Notes: generated by a model from the sequence alone, not told the origin. A stretch of DNA of 64,000 nt from Pseudobdellovibrionaceae bacterium (GCA_039810425.1 JBDHWW010000004.1:32001-96000), one strand, 5' to 3'; numbered from the stretch's first letter, positions 1-9,171 are shown. Numbers and translations: made by a program.

Positions 1-2
1 AA

Positions 3-974
3 GTGTGTTGCAAAACTGAAACAAGAACCGTGTTTGATCACCAGTTTAAGATGCCAGTAGTTTTAAATTTCCCGGCAGAAACAGTTTTGGTCGGCAATGA
101 GCAAGAAAGCTTCACGGTCTCCCTCTCAGGAACAGAAGCGGCTCCCGCGGTTCAGTTTGCCCCGAAAGCCACTTTGTTTGGCTACGCGATTGATCATCAG
201 GAATTTCGCGGTGGCGCGATGGTCATTGATTTGAAGCGTGTGGCCCTTTATACGCAAGACCTGTTGGGTGTCGCGAGCATCAAAGGGCTTGGCCTTCGTT
301 TGACGAAAGACGGCGCTGAAATCCGTTTCAATGATCAAGGTTTGCGTCCGCGTGTGGCGTCCGCCTACAGCTATCAAATTCATGAAGTCGGCGCTCAAGA
401 TGTTTTGGCGCAAGGCTCATGGAGCGCCCAAGGTGCGCAAGTTATGATTCCCGTGCAAGTCGCTTTGATTGAGAACAAAACATATCAATTGGATATTCGG
501 GTCGTTCGCCAAGGTTTGCCTTTGGCAGCCGATATCGATGTAGTGGTTTCTGCAACTCAAAAGTTGTCCTCGCTGAAGGATGCCGGCGTTTATACTAATA
601 AAGCGATGGTGAATACCTTCGAGATCCGTGGCGAAAAAGAAATGGCTCGGTTGTTCTTCCGTGATCAGTCACCAGAGGACGAAGGCGTCAGCACGATCTA
701 TAAGATCGAGATTCTGGCAGGTGACAAAACCAGCAAAAAGGTGCTCGCGGTAAAAGAAATCGCCCGAGAAAACATGATTGTGACGACGAAAGCTTTCTTC
801 CGTATGTTGTTAGGTGCTGACTTGGGCGTTCCAGCTCAGGTGGTGAAAGATCAGCTCGACGCTGGTAAAACCGTGACGGCCCGGGTGACTGTGACTCGCC
901 AGCATGTCGGCTTAAACGAAGGAAGTCCGGTTTCATTTGTTCTGAATCACACAGCGATACTCAAAAAAGAGTAG
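3..974 (+). CDS. Hypothetical protein, probably 5'-truncated by the window edge (beta-rich, likely secreted)
   Basis: 323-aa open frame running from the window edge; genome-like codon usage; no recognisable motif. Confidence 0.7.
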   Translation: MCCKTETRTVFDHQFKMPVVLNFPAETVLVGNEQESFTVSLSGTEAAPAVQFAPKATLFGYAIDHQEFRGGAMVIDLKRVALYTQDLLGVASIKGLGLRLTKDGAEIRFNDQGLRPRVASAYSYQIHEVGAQDVLAQGSWSAQGAQVMIPVQVALIENKTYQLDIRVVRQGLPLAADIDVVVSATQKLSSLKDAGVYTNKAMVNTFEIRGEKEMARLFFRDQSPEDEGVSTIYKIEILAGDKTSKKVLAVKEIARENMIVTTKAFFRMLLGADLGVPAQVVKDQLDAGKTVTARVTVTRQHVGLNEGSPVSFVLNHTAILKKE

Positions 975-1012
975 TCGGCGGTTAAGTTCATAAGATGAAC
1001 TTCCTAAAAACC

Positions 1013-1828
1013 TCAGCGAAGAGACGCTGAGGTTTTTTTAATCCAGTCAAGGTAGTAGAACACGCTGGTATAGATCGCATCGTAGCGGCAGATGTCAAAG
1101 TCTTTGCGTTTTTTTGCTTCAGTGTTTGTCGAGTATACGGCGGAAGCTACGCCGAACAACACGTCATGATTGTCAATTTCAGAAAATGCGGGACCGCCCG
1201 AATCACCGTAACAGATTCCATGTCCATTCGTTTGATCCACTAAGAACTGCGTTTGGGTGGTTGAAATGCGATGGCCCCTCACGGTCTGCGTTGTATAGCG
1301 TAGAACGCCACTGCCACGGGGAATGTCGTCGCGAGCGGTGATCGCGCCATAGCCGGCGGCGAAAAAACGATCGCTCATGCGCCGCAGATCTCGCGACGTC
1401 GGTAAAGCCATCGGCGCAAACCCTTCAGGCGCTTCGCCTTCAAGGCGAATCACGCCGATGTCGTTACGATCCTCGTAAGCCACGGCATTGTAGCTGGAAT
1501 TTGCCTTCATCGAAGAGGCGGTGCGGGTGATGGTCTCAAAGGTGCGGGGACTCTTACTGAAATGAATCGTGTAAGTGTGTTCAGTGGCCTCATCGATACA
1601 GTGGGCGGCCGTCAGAACGATGTTCTTGGAAACCAGAGTACCAGTGCACCAGTATCCAATGCCCGCATTGTGAATGGCCACCACATGCTTGGCGAAGTCC
1701 TCGGGGCCGACAACCTGGCCCCCCACAATAGAACTTGAATTGGGAGCCCGTAGTTGAGCGTTGTGAGGCGCCCGGGGACCGCAACCAACACCGGCGAATA
1801 AGATAAAATAAATAAAATGTTTTTTCAT
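1013..1828 (-). CDS. S1-family (trypsin/chymotrypsin-like) secreted serine protease, lipoprotein-like signal
   Basis: Signal peptide ending AGVGC, mature N-terminus IVGG, catalytic motifs LTAAHC, NDIG and CYGDSGGP. Confidence 0.93.
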   Translation of the reverse strand: MKKHFIYFILFAGVGCGPRAPHNAQLRAPNSSSIVGGQVVGPEDFAKHVVAIHNAGIGYWCTGTLVSKNIVLTAAHCIDEATEHTYTIHFSKSPRTFETITRTASSMKANSSYNAVAYEDRNDIGVIRLEGEAPEGFAPMALPTSRDLRRMSDRFFAAGYGAITARDDIPRGSGVLRYTTQTVRGHRISTTQTQFLVDQTNGHGICYGDSGGPAFSEIDNHDVLFGVASAVYSTNTEAKKRKDFDICRYDAIYTSVFYYLDWIKKTSASLR

Positions 1829-2002
1829 GGAATCGAGTATCTATTCAGCCCGGTGATCAAGGACAAGTGACGTTGTTGTCATTGACGGAAATATCTACGG
1901 CAGCGGAACGGACCGTATAAACTGCTGGAAAAAAGGGCTGGCACACGGGATCAGTTTGCCTAATAGACGATGAGTTTTAGAAGAAGGTTCCCATGAAGGG
2001 GA

Positions 2003-2024
2003 GAAGCCCTCATTGAAGGGCTTC
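2003..2024 (-). terminator. Possible intrinsic terminator hairpin downstream of the desaturase
   Basis: gaagccct-cattga-agggcttc inverted repeat; weak U-tract. Confidence 0.4.
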
Positions 2025-2043
2025 GAAATTTTCAATTCGTGGC

Positions 2044-3165
2044 TTAAGCCATTTTCAGATAGAGCTGCCATTGGCGCATGCCCATTTCGAATTCGAGGCG
2101 GGCGAGTTGCATTTCGATTTTGATTTGTGTGAGTTTGGCCTTTGAAGCGTCCTGGAATTCGCTCTTCATGCGCTCATAGTCTTCAGCGAGCTTTTTCATT
2201 CTTATTTGCGCGGTTAATATCTTTTCGCGCAGGTTTTCGAGTTGCTCTTCAGAGAAACCACGGCTCTTCATTTTCAAACCTTCAACTTGCAAGCGAGCTT
2301 TCAAGATTTCAGCATTTGAAATTTGGCGAAGTTTTGTTGCCAGGCCCATCCACTTCAATGTGAGGATCGTCCACTTGGTTGGATCCCAGTGATACCAGCG
2401 GATGCCGTTGCGGTAGTCGATCTGGAATTTGTGGTGGAAGTTATGGTAGCCCTCACCATGAGTGAGGAAGGCAACGAATAAGCTGTCACGGGCCGAAATT
2501 TCCTTAGAGTAAGTTTGTTTGCCCAAAGTGTGGCAAAGAGAGTTTACGAAGAATGTGCTTTGTTGGGTCAGGGCAATGCGCAAGCCACCAGCGATTGCAA
2601 GACCCGCCAGAGCGCTGCCGAGGAAGTAACCGATCACCGCTGGAAATAAAAAGCCTGTCGCAATCGCTATCCACACGTAGTACTTGTCTTGCAAGCGCAC
2701 CATCGTGTCGTTTTCAAGGTCCGGAGCTTGGATTGGCAAATTGACGCTCGTTTTGCGGAACATCCATCCCATGTGGGCGTACCAGAAGCCTTCTTGAATG
2801 TTGTAGGGATCATTTTCACTGTCGATTTTGGAGTGGTGACGGCGGTGATCCGAAGACCACTTCAGGCAAGAACCTTGGAAGCCCGAAGCTCCAATCAACA
2901 AAAACATCGCCTTCATGAAGGGGTGGGCATCGTAACTTTTGTGAGAGAAGAGGCGGTGATAGCCGGCCGTAATGCTAAGATTTGTAGCAGCTGCGAAAAC
3001 AAAGCCGAAAGCGATGATGCCCCAATTCACATGATCCGTCGTGAGGAAATAAACAATTGTCAAGATCATGGAAAAGAGAGGGTTCAAGACCAAGAACAGG
3101 GACACAGTGAGGTCGTACCGCGAAAGCCATCGCTTAAACCCTTGTCTCAGAGAATTTTTTTGCAT
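2044..3165 (-). CDS. Delta-9 acyl-CoA/acyl-lipid fatty acid desaturase
   Basis: Three His boxes HRLFSH, HRRHH and HNFHH; TM helices; DPTKW motif; C-terminal coiled coil. Confidence 0.93.
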   Translation of the reverse strand: MQKNSLRQGFKRWLSRYDLTVSLFLVLNPLFSMILTIVYFLTTDHVNWGIIAFGFVFAAATNLSITAGYHRLFSHKSYDAHPFMKAMFLLIGASGFQGSCLKWSSDHRRHHSKIDSENDPYNIQEGFWYAHMGWMFRKTSVNLPIQAPDLENDTMVRLQDKYYVWIAIATGFLFPAVIGYFLGSALAGLAIAGGLRIALTQQSTFFVNSLCHTLGKQTYSKEISARDSLFVAFLTHGEGYHNFHHKFQIDYRNGIRWYHWDPTKWTILTLKWMGLATKLRQISNAEILKARLQVEGLKMKSRGFSEEQLENLREKILTAQIRMKKLAEDYERMKSEFQDASKAKLTQIKIEMQLARLEFEMGMRQWQLYLKMA

Positions 3166-3258
3166 TAAGTTAATTCCTCCAACTGAATTTTATTGTGCCC
3201 GGAAAGAAGGGGTTTTTCCAATGGAAACACAATTTTGACAACCAAATGAATAAAAATG

Positions 3259-3297
3259 AAAAAAGGCCGCACCGGTTATAATGGGGTGCAGCCTTTT
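3259..3297 (-). terminator. Intrinsic terminator of the outer-membrane protein gene
   Basis: aaaaggccgcacc...ggtgcagcctttt hairpin with an A-run that forms the U-tract on the minus strand. Confidence 0.6.
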
Positions 3298-3328
3298 CCG
3301 TTTGTTTTCAATTTTGTTTCTCTTTGAA

Positions 3329-3943
3329 TTAGATGCCGAAGCCGAGCAGCACCTTTACATAAGACCCTGACATATTGATATCTTGATCGGCGAGGTTTCC
3401 GGTCTTGTCATGGGCCTCTTTCCAACGGAAGTCCTCATAACCGGCCTCCGCACCCACATGGAAGCCAATAAGCTTCACACCCGCCTCTAAGCCGATGCTG
3501 TAAGAAGAGATTTTTGTCGAGGATAAGTTCGCTGTTTCTACGGAGTTTGTAATCGCCTTGATTTCACCCGAATGAGAAAGGCCGTAACTCGCGATTGGTC
3601 CCAAGAATATGAGCGTATCAATCAAGCGATAGTTTAACAGCAGCGCCGTGCGCGTGTAGTTGGCCTTGAACTCAAGTCCGCTTTGGCTCGCATTGACCCC
3701 CATGTTTTCATAGCGGACCCCAAAGCCGACCGGGAAGAGAGGTGGGGAAATGATCACATCCGCACCTAGACCATAGGTTGGGGCGATGGCTGGCAAGCTG
3801 CTTTGACCCGGAAAGAGCGGACCCAAGTCAGGCTTTGAAGCCAGCAAGCCGTAAGTGAGACGCGCTTCAAACACCGCGTGCGCTGGCACGGAAAGCAAAG
3901 AGCCCGTCATAATTGTGAAGACAAAAAGAAGTAGACGTTTCAT
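3329..3943 (-). CDS. Secreted outer-membrane beta-barrel protein (hypothetical)
   Basis: Start at MKRLLL after AGGAGG RBS; signal peptide ending AHA; alternating amphipathic strands; C-terminus LGFGI. Confidence 0.75.
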   Translation of the reverse strand: MKRLLLFVFTIMTGSLLSVPAHAVFEARLTYGLLASKPDLGPLFPGQSSLPAIAPTYGLGADVIISPPLFPVGFGVRYENMGVNASQSGLEFKANYTRTALLLNYRLIDTLIFLGPIASYGLSHSGEIKAITNSVETANLSSTKISSYSIGLEAGVKLIGFHVGAEAGYEDFRWKEAHDKTGNLADQDINMSGSYVKVLLGFGI

Positions 3944-4086
3944 ACGGATTATTCCTCCTGAGGAAATCAGAATTTCATTGTATCTCGGGGATTTCTGGAG
4001 GGTCCATTGTAAAATCCAAATCGGACCTTGGTCTCTGGACATGCGCTTCCCGTGTTTTTAAAAAATCTTTGTGATACCTTTGATTT

Positions 4087-5061
4087 ATGAAGTTAGCCCT
4101 CGTCCCGTTGGAAGAATGGGAAAGACTTAACGAGCAGTTAAAAAACCACTTTGACTTAGCGTCAGATCATTCCGCAAAAATCTACAGAGGAATGGCACAC
4201 GCTGTTTTTGAGATCGGTCAGGGAACCGCGCAATTCATGTCGCACAGACGCAGCCTCGGCGCGCTCAAAGGGCAGACCCCTTACTTCGAATCACTTCTTC
4301 CATATTTTTACAAAGAAGTTTACGGCGTTCAAACGGTGAACCATCAAGCGCTGACTGATCCGGAAGCGTGGGTGAACGGCTTAAAGAAAGACACGATTTT
4401 TGTTTTGCATGCCGAAGATCACCCCGTGACCGGCGAGCTTTACAATTACGACCGCCTCGATGAGCTTTTGAACGAGAAAAAAATCTTTTCTTTCCGTGCC
4501 TCGCACTTTCGTTACAATTACGAAAAATCTCCCCTCCGTCCATACTCTGTTCGTATTTGCTATTTGAATAGTGATCTTGCGGTGGCATTTTGCGGTGAGC
4601 GCTATAAAACCCCGCCACTCATTGCGCCGCAGATGAACTGGGAGCCATCACGGGTTCTCGAGACCGTTCGTAAGATTCATGTCAGTCCACAAGATCAAGC
4701 GCTCGTGGAAAACTTCGAGGAGTCTTTCGCTGATATTGCTTCGCCCTGGTTTGCACCGTCGGCTGCGCGCTTATATGATCGTGTTCTGTTGAAGTTTCCC
4801 GATGTGAATGGCGAAGCTCTTTTGCAGCGTCTTTTTGATCATCTGCAAGTGGACCCTTCGAAATACTACGAAACGTTGGACACCACGAACCTCTGCCGTT
4901 GGCTGCATTTTAAGACATTCACCAGTTGGTGGGAGCCAAAACCGTCTACGGAAGATCTGGCGTCCTTGTTGGTGATCGACTCCGGGTGGCTTGTTACAAA
5001 AGATTTTGCCAAGATCCTTAAAACGACCTATGAAGAGATCAAGGCTGAGCAGAGCTGGTAG
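4087..5061 (+). CDS. Hypothetical protein with remote similarity to the IscS/NifS (class-V aminotransferase) fold
   Basis: Segments KKDTIFVLHAEDHPVTGEL, RLYDRVLLKFPDVNGEALLQRL and LDTTNLC match IscS motifs in order by eye; no SxHK PLP-lysine motif. Confidence 0.6.
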   Translation: MKLALVPLEEWERLNEQLKNHFDLASDHSAKIYRGMAHAVFEIGQGTAQFMSHRRSLGALKGQTPYFESLLPYFYKEVYGVQTVNHQALTDPEAWVNGLKKDTIFVLHAEDHPVTGELYNYDRLDELLNEKKIFSFRASHFRYNYEKSPLRPYSVRICYLNSDLAVAFCGERYKTPPLIAPQMNWEPSRVLETVRKIHVSPQDQALVENFEESFADIASPWFAPSAARLYDRVLLKFPDVNGEALLQRLFDHLQVDPSKYYETLDTTNLCRWLHFKTFTSWWEPKPSTEDLASLLVIDSGWLVTKDFAKILKTTYEEIKAEQSW

Positions 5062-5107
5062 TTTACCAACCCAAGATGTGCGGCCTCTGTTGTGTGGGGT
5101 CCCGTCC

Positions 5108-5716
5108 GTGGAAGTCAAAGAACGTTTCATCATTTTGCGAGCAATGAAGTATTCTGAAGCGGATCTCATTTTGCACGCGATCTCCCCGGTCGGGGAAAAA
5201 CTGTCATTTTTGGCCCGTGGAGCGCTGAAAAGTAAAAAGCGTTTCGGTGGCGGCGTGCTTGAGCCCTCACATTTCGTGCAGTTCACTTATAAGCAGGCCA
5301 GCGAAGGAAAAATCAACACATTGAATGAAGCGACCTTGCTGAATGATTTTAAAAAAATCCGCCAGGATTATGATCATCTCGAATTCGCATTGCACGTTCT
5401 AGAGTGCATCTCGCGCGTGAGCCAAGGAGGTGACAGGAACTCTGAAGCCCTCTTCAATCTTTTGGGAAATACCTTGAAAGCCGTTGAAAACACGCAGGAT
5501 GTGATGTTGCTAAAAATGCATTTCTATCTCAAGTTCATGATGCAGCAGGGGGTTCTGACGCCAGAGCCGTGGATGGCTCCGCTACTTCGCACCAACATCA
5601 TGGAAAACAATACGCTTGTGGGTGATAAGAATCTGAAGAAGGACCTTACTCTGCACATGTCTTCGATTGAATCAGCAACTCAGCAGTATTTAAAGACCGC
5701 GGAAAATCACTCATAA
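5108..5716 (+). CDS. recO: DNA repair protein RecO
   Basis: GTG start; OB-fold N-terminus IILRAMKYSEADLIL...ARGALKSKKRFGG-LEP. Confidence 0.9.
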   Translation: MEVKERFIILRAMKYSEADLILHAISPVGEKLSFLARGALKSKKRFGGGVLEPSHFVQFTYKQASEGKINTLNEATLLNDFKKIRQDYDHLEFALHVLECISRVSQGGDRNSEALFNLLGNTLKAVENTQDVMLLKMHFYLKFMMQQGVLTPEPWMAPLLRTNIMENNTLVGDKNLKKDLTLHMSSIESATQQYLKTAENHS

Positions 5717-6621
5717 ACTTTTTTACGCTTGCCCGGTGTGGCGCTTAGGGGATGATGGGTCTCGAGAGTGCACGCCAACTGATCGACCCCAAGGTGAGTG
5801 TACTTTTCCGTCGCTTGCAGGCTTTCGTGACCGAGGAGCTCTTGCAGAGTTCTTAGATTTGCGCCGCTACTAAGTAGGTGTGTCGCAAAGCTATGGCGAA
5901 GTGCATGGGGATGCAGCGGTTTCATCAACTGCGCTTTAGCTCCACGGCTACGGACCCACTCATAGGCGACGCGCGGACTGAGAGGGGCCCCGCCGAAGAT
6001 GTAGTCGCCTTCACCCTCTTTGCGGAGCTTTTGCAAAACTTCCATCGCCATACTTGGCAAAATCACGATGCGTTCTTTTCCGCCTTTGCCGTTCAAACGC
6101 AGGCTTCTCGTTGAGACGTGCACGTCTGACCAGCGGAGCCCGCAGGCTTCGCTCACCCGCAGGCCACCTCCATAGAGGACTAAAAACATCGCGCGGTCCT
6201 GCAGCTTGCGGAGAGTTTCCGCTTCGCGGTCATAAGAATGCAGAACCGCGAGGGCTTCATCGACGCTGAGGAAATGAGGCAGTTTTTTAGGAACTTTCGG
6301 GCAATGAAGTTGAGTTGAAAGATCGCGTTCTGTGAGCTGCTCCTGGTAGGCCCAACCAAAAAAGCTCTTTAAAGTAGCGGTCTTGCGGTTGCGGGAAGCC
6401 AAAGAAAGGCCGGCCCAGCGATTCAGGGCTTCGCGGGCAAGACCTAAAATCTCGATCTCGGAGGGGTTTGAGGACGATCTCCATTTGTCCTCGGAACCGA
6501 AGGCCTGCTCTAAGTCCTTGCGGTAGGCTTTCAGGGTGAGAGGGGATGAAGATTTTACAAAGTCCATATATTTCAAATATTTAGGTATGCATTTGAAGAG
6601 ATTTAAGTCGTTGGTGGCCAT
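5707..6621 (-). CDS. XerC/XerD-family tyrosine recombinase
   Basis: GLRVSE, GKGGKER, HPHALRHSFATHLL, LLGH and catalytic Y (TEKYTH); 304 aa. Confidence 0.92.
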   Translation of the reverse strand: MATNDLNLFKCIPKYLKYMDFVKSSSPLTLKAYRKDLEQAFGSEDKWRSSSNPSEIEILGLAREALNRWAGLSLASRNRKTATLKSFFGWAYQEQLTERDLSTQLHCPKVPKKLPHFLSVDEALAVLHSYDREAETLRKLQDRAMFLVLYGGGLRVSEACGLRWSDVHVSTRSLRLNGKGGKERIVILPSMAMEVLQKLRKEGEGDYIFGGAPLSPRVAYEWVRSRGAKAQLMKPLHPHALRHSFATHLLSSGANLRTLQELLGHESLQATEKYTHLGVDQLACTLETHHPLSATPGKRKKVYE

Positions 6622-6688
6622 GCCTAAAATCCATTCTTTTAGATTTTACGGGGTCCTAAAAAAAGTATAATGCCATGCAAAAAATCGC

Positions 6689-6718
6689 TTGCATAAATTA
6701 CAGTCCGCCAGTTATATT
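6689..6718 (+). promoter_or_regulatory. Putative sigma70 promoter of the sigma54 activator gene
   Basis: TTGCAT-N18-TATATT upstream of the ATG at 6773. Confidence 0.4.
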
Positions 6719-6772
6719 GCATCACGTTAGATGCGCTGTATCAAAATTAGAATATTCGAAAGGCGGCACGTA

Positions 6773-7840
6773 ATGGAGAACAACAACGGTTCATCGTCCT
6801 CAACTACTGTTTTACCTTCTTCCCAAAACACACAGCAAGTTCTTTGGAACAACTCAGTCCAAAAATCGAGCGAGAATAAGACGATTGTCTATCAATCAGA
6901 GATCATGGGTTCTTTGATGAAGATGATTGATCGCGTAGCCCCCTCTGCTGCGAATATCCTCGTTCTGGGTGAGTCTGGTACGGGTAAAGAGCTTATCGCT
7001 CGTCATATTCATGAAAAATCAAATCGTCGCAATAAGCCGTTTGTGGCTATCAATTGCGGCGCTCTTCGCGAGACTCTGCTTGAGAGCGAACTTTTCGGAC
7101 ACGAGAAAGGTTCATTCACAGGCGCGTATAACAAGAAAATCGGTTTGGCTGAAGTTGCTAACGGCGGGACCTTGTTCCTCGACGAAATTGGTGAATTGAG
7201 TCCAGGCATTCAAGCAAAACTCCTTCGCTTCATCCAAGAAGGTGAGTTGTATCGTGTGGGTGGCAAAGATCCAATCAAAGTAGACATCCGTTTGATCTCT
7301 GCGACGAACCGTGAGTTGGACGCCGAAGTTCAACGCGGCAACTTCCGTGAGGACTTGTTCTATCGCATCAACACGATCGTCGTAAATTCCCCGCCACTCC
7401 GCCGTCGTCGTGAAGATATCCCGGCGCTGGTGAACCACTTCCTGGGCAGCGCGACTCATTCTTACTTGAACCGTGGTCGTAACATTGCTGACGATGCTTT
7501 GAAGGTGCTTCAAAAATACGACTGGCCGGGTAATATCCGTGAATTGCAAAACGTTTGTGAGCGTTTGCAGATCCTCTCTGAAGGTCACACGATCATGATC
7601 AACGATCTTCCCGAGAACGTTCGTAATCCTGAGAAAGCGGACGACATCATTGATTACGATCCAAGCTTGACTCTTCATGAGCTCGAGAAGCGTTACATCT
7701 TGAAGGCGTTGGCTCACTTCGGTGGCAACAAAACTCAAGCTGCTAACAACTTGGGTATCACGATTAAGACTCTCTATAACAAACTCCATGAGTACGGAGA
7801 GTTCGAGAAGTTCGCAGTTCACTCTAAACCGGTGAAGTAA
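6773..7840 (+). CDS. Sigma54-dependent enhancer-binding protein (AAA+ and Fis-type HTH) lacking a receiver domain
   Basis: GESGTGKE Walker A, ESELFGHEKGSFTGA, LFLDEIG Walker B, WPGNIREL, C-terminal HTH GGNKTQAA. Confidence 0.93.
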   Translation: MENNNGSSSSTTVLPSSQNTQQVLWNNSVQKSSENKTIVYQSEIMGSLMKMIDRVAPSAANILVLGESGTGKELIARHIHEKSNRRNKPFVAINCGALRETLLESELFGHEKGSFTGAYNKKIGLAEVANGGTLFLDEIGELSPGIQAKLLRFIQEGELYRVGGKDPIKVDIRLISATNRELDAEVQRGNFREDLFYRINTIVVNSPPLRRRREDIPALVNHFLGSATHSYLNRGRNIADDALKVLQKYDWPGNIRELQNVCERLQILSEGHTIMINDLPENVRNPEKADDIIDYDPSLTLHELEKRYILKALAHFGGNKTQAANNLGITIKTLYNKLHEYGEFEKFAVHSKPVK

Positions 7841-7861
7841 TTCTTCGTCGAGGTTTTCCGA

Positions 7862-8590
7862 ATGAAGCGTTGTTTGTTAATGCTCTCCATACCGTTCCTG
7901 ACATGCTCAGTCTTTGCCAAGGCTGAGCATTCTTGTATGTACCTTCACATTGATGATGCGATGATTTTGAATCAGGCGCGAGCGCCGATTTATAGCCGCC
8001 TCAGCGATGGTGAGAGTGATGGCGTCAGTGAGGCCATGATCTCATTCGAGAAGGGCCTGCTCCGTGCCGCGAGTATCGCTGATGCGGTGGCATTCCCTCT
8101 GCAAGTTTCTGGCATTCCTATTCTTTGTGTCGACTACGTTCACATGAGCGAGACTCCGCCGTTCCGCAATTCATTTGCGCAAGGAGCGCCGAAGCTGTCG
8201 CAATTCCATCAGTTGGATATTTACGCGGTTAAAGTCGCGCTGACTGCGGCTTTACAGTCTGATGATTTTGAATCCCTGATTGAAATCGCCACTCAGAATA
8301 TTGAAGTCCTAGAGAGGGAGAAGCGCTTTAACTGTATGGTTCATCATTTCTTAGAGAGCATTCGTCGTGTTGCAGGACTGGCTCCGCAGTATCAGGCCAT
8401 GGCGAAAAGTAAGTTGAGTGCCTACGGAACGAAGCTGATTTCGAAAAAAGTTCTCAAGGGACATATCAAATATTTGGATGAAGCTGCACACATTGATCTG
8501 CTGGCTGCTCCTGTGCAGGCTCAGAACATTCCTATTATTTGCCAGGATGTTCCTCATACCCCGCTCGCGCCAAACCTGCTCCAGCAGTAG
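7862..8590 (+). CDS. Secreted hypothetical protein
   Basis: Signal peptide ending VFA/AKA; internally repeated motif (PLQVSGIPILCVDY / PVQAQNIPIICQDV). Confidence 0.75.
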   Translation: MKRCLLMLSIPFLTCSVFAKAEHSCMYLHIDDAMILNQARAPIYSRLSDGESDGVSEAMISFEKGLLRAASIADAVAFPLQVSGIPILCVDYVHMSETPPFRNSFAQGAPKLSQFHQLDIYAVKVALTAALQSDDFESLIEIATQNIEVLEREKRFNCMVHHFLESIRRVAGLAPQYQAMAKSKLSAYGTKLISKKVLKGHIKYLDEAAHIDLLAAPVQAQNIPIICQDVPHTPLAPNLLQQ

Positions 8591-8621
8591 TTCTCCTGCT
8601 AGGATTCTATTAATAAAACTA

Positions 8622-8711
8622 TCAGGGATTGTTCCTTGCACCTTCAGACGCGACGGCGGTCTAGGCATTGAATAAAAAAATCGTGCTGAGAGTCAGTAAA
8701 ATATTTTTCAT
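8622..8711 (-). pseudogene. Relic of a secreted-protein gene: signal peptide interrupted by TAG
   Basis: Manual translation MKNILLTLSTIFLFNA*TAVASEGARNNP*. Confidence 0.4.
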
Positions 8712-8778
8712 ACAGCCACTCTATCGCGGCGGCGCACTCACCGCAAATGACGAAGTCTTGACGACTTATTCATATCCG

Positions 8779-9171
8779 CTAATGAGTCCACAGGGATTCA
8801 ACCCACGCGCCATCTTTCTGGAGTATTTGCGACTTCAAAGTCTCATCTTTTTTCCAGATGCACAGGGTGAATGTCGGCCCTTCGTGATGGATGTAGCCGC
8901 AGTACATTTGATTGTCTGAGAAGTACAGATAACCTTGGCCGGTTTTTTGTTTCTGCTTGTAAGTCGTTACAAATAGGCGGTCTTTCGTATCTTTTGTCGC
9001 ATGCACATGTTTCACCACGATTTCTTCGTCGGGGACAGAGCCAAGCCAGTGGCCGACCAGATTTCTGGGCGCCTGGCCCAGTGGCCATGGCGAAGGATTG
9101 TCTTCACCGCTGCGACGACCGTAACTCAGCGACACATTCATGAAAACGAGGAAGAGGACGAGGTATTTCAT
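8779..9171 (-). CDS. Small secreted hypothetical protein
   Basis: Signal peptide; PSPWP motif; 4-bp ATGA overlap with the upstream regulator. Confidence 0.75.
   Translation of the reverse strand: MKYLVLFLVFMNVSLSYGRRSGEDNPSPWPLGQAPRNLVGHWLGSVPDEEIVVKHVHATKDTKDRLFVTTYKQKQKTGQGYLYFSDNQMYCGYIHHEGPTFTLCIWKKDETLKSQILQKDGAWVESLWTH

Noticed and set aside
2044..2330. Coiled-coil C-terminal extension of the desaturase as a novel fusion
   Set aside because: Similar extensions occur in known proteobacterial DesA-type desaturases
5707..6621. Tyrosine recombinase as a phage/ICE integrase
   Set aside because: Size and motifs fit chromosomal Xer; no att repeats, tRNA target or mobile cargo nearby
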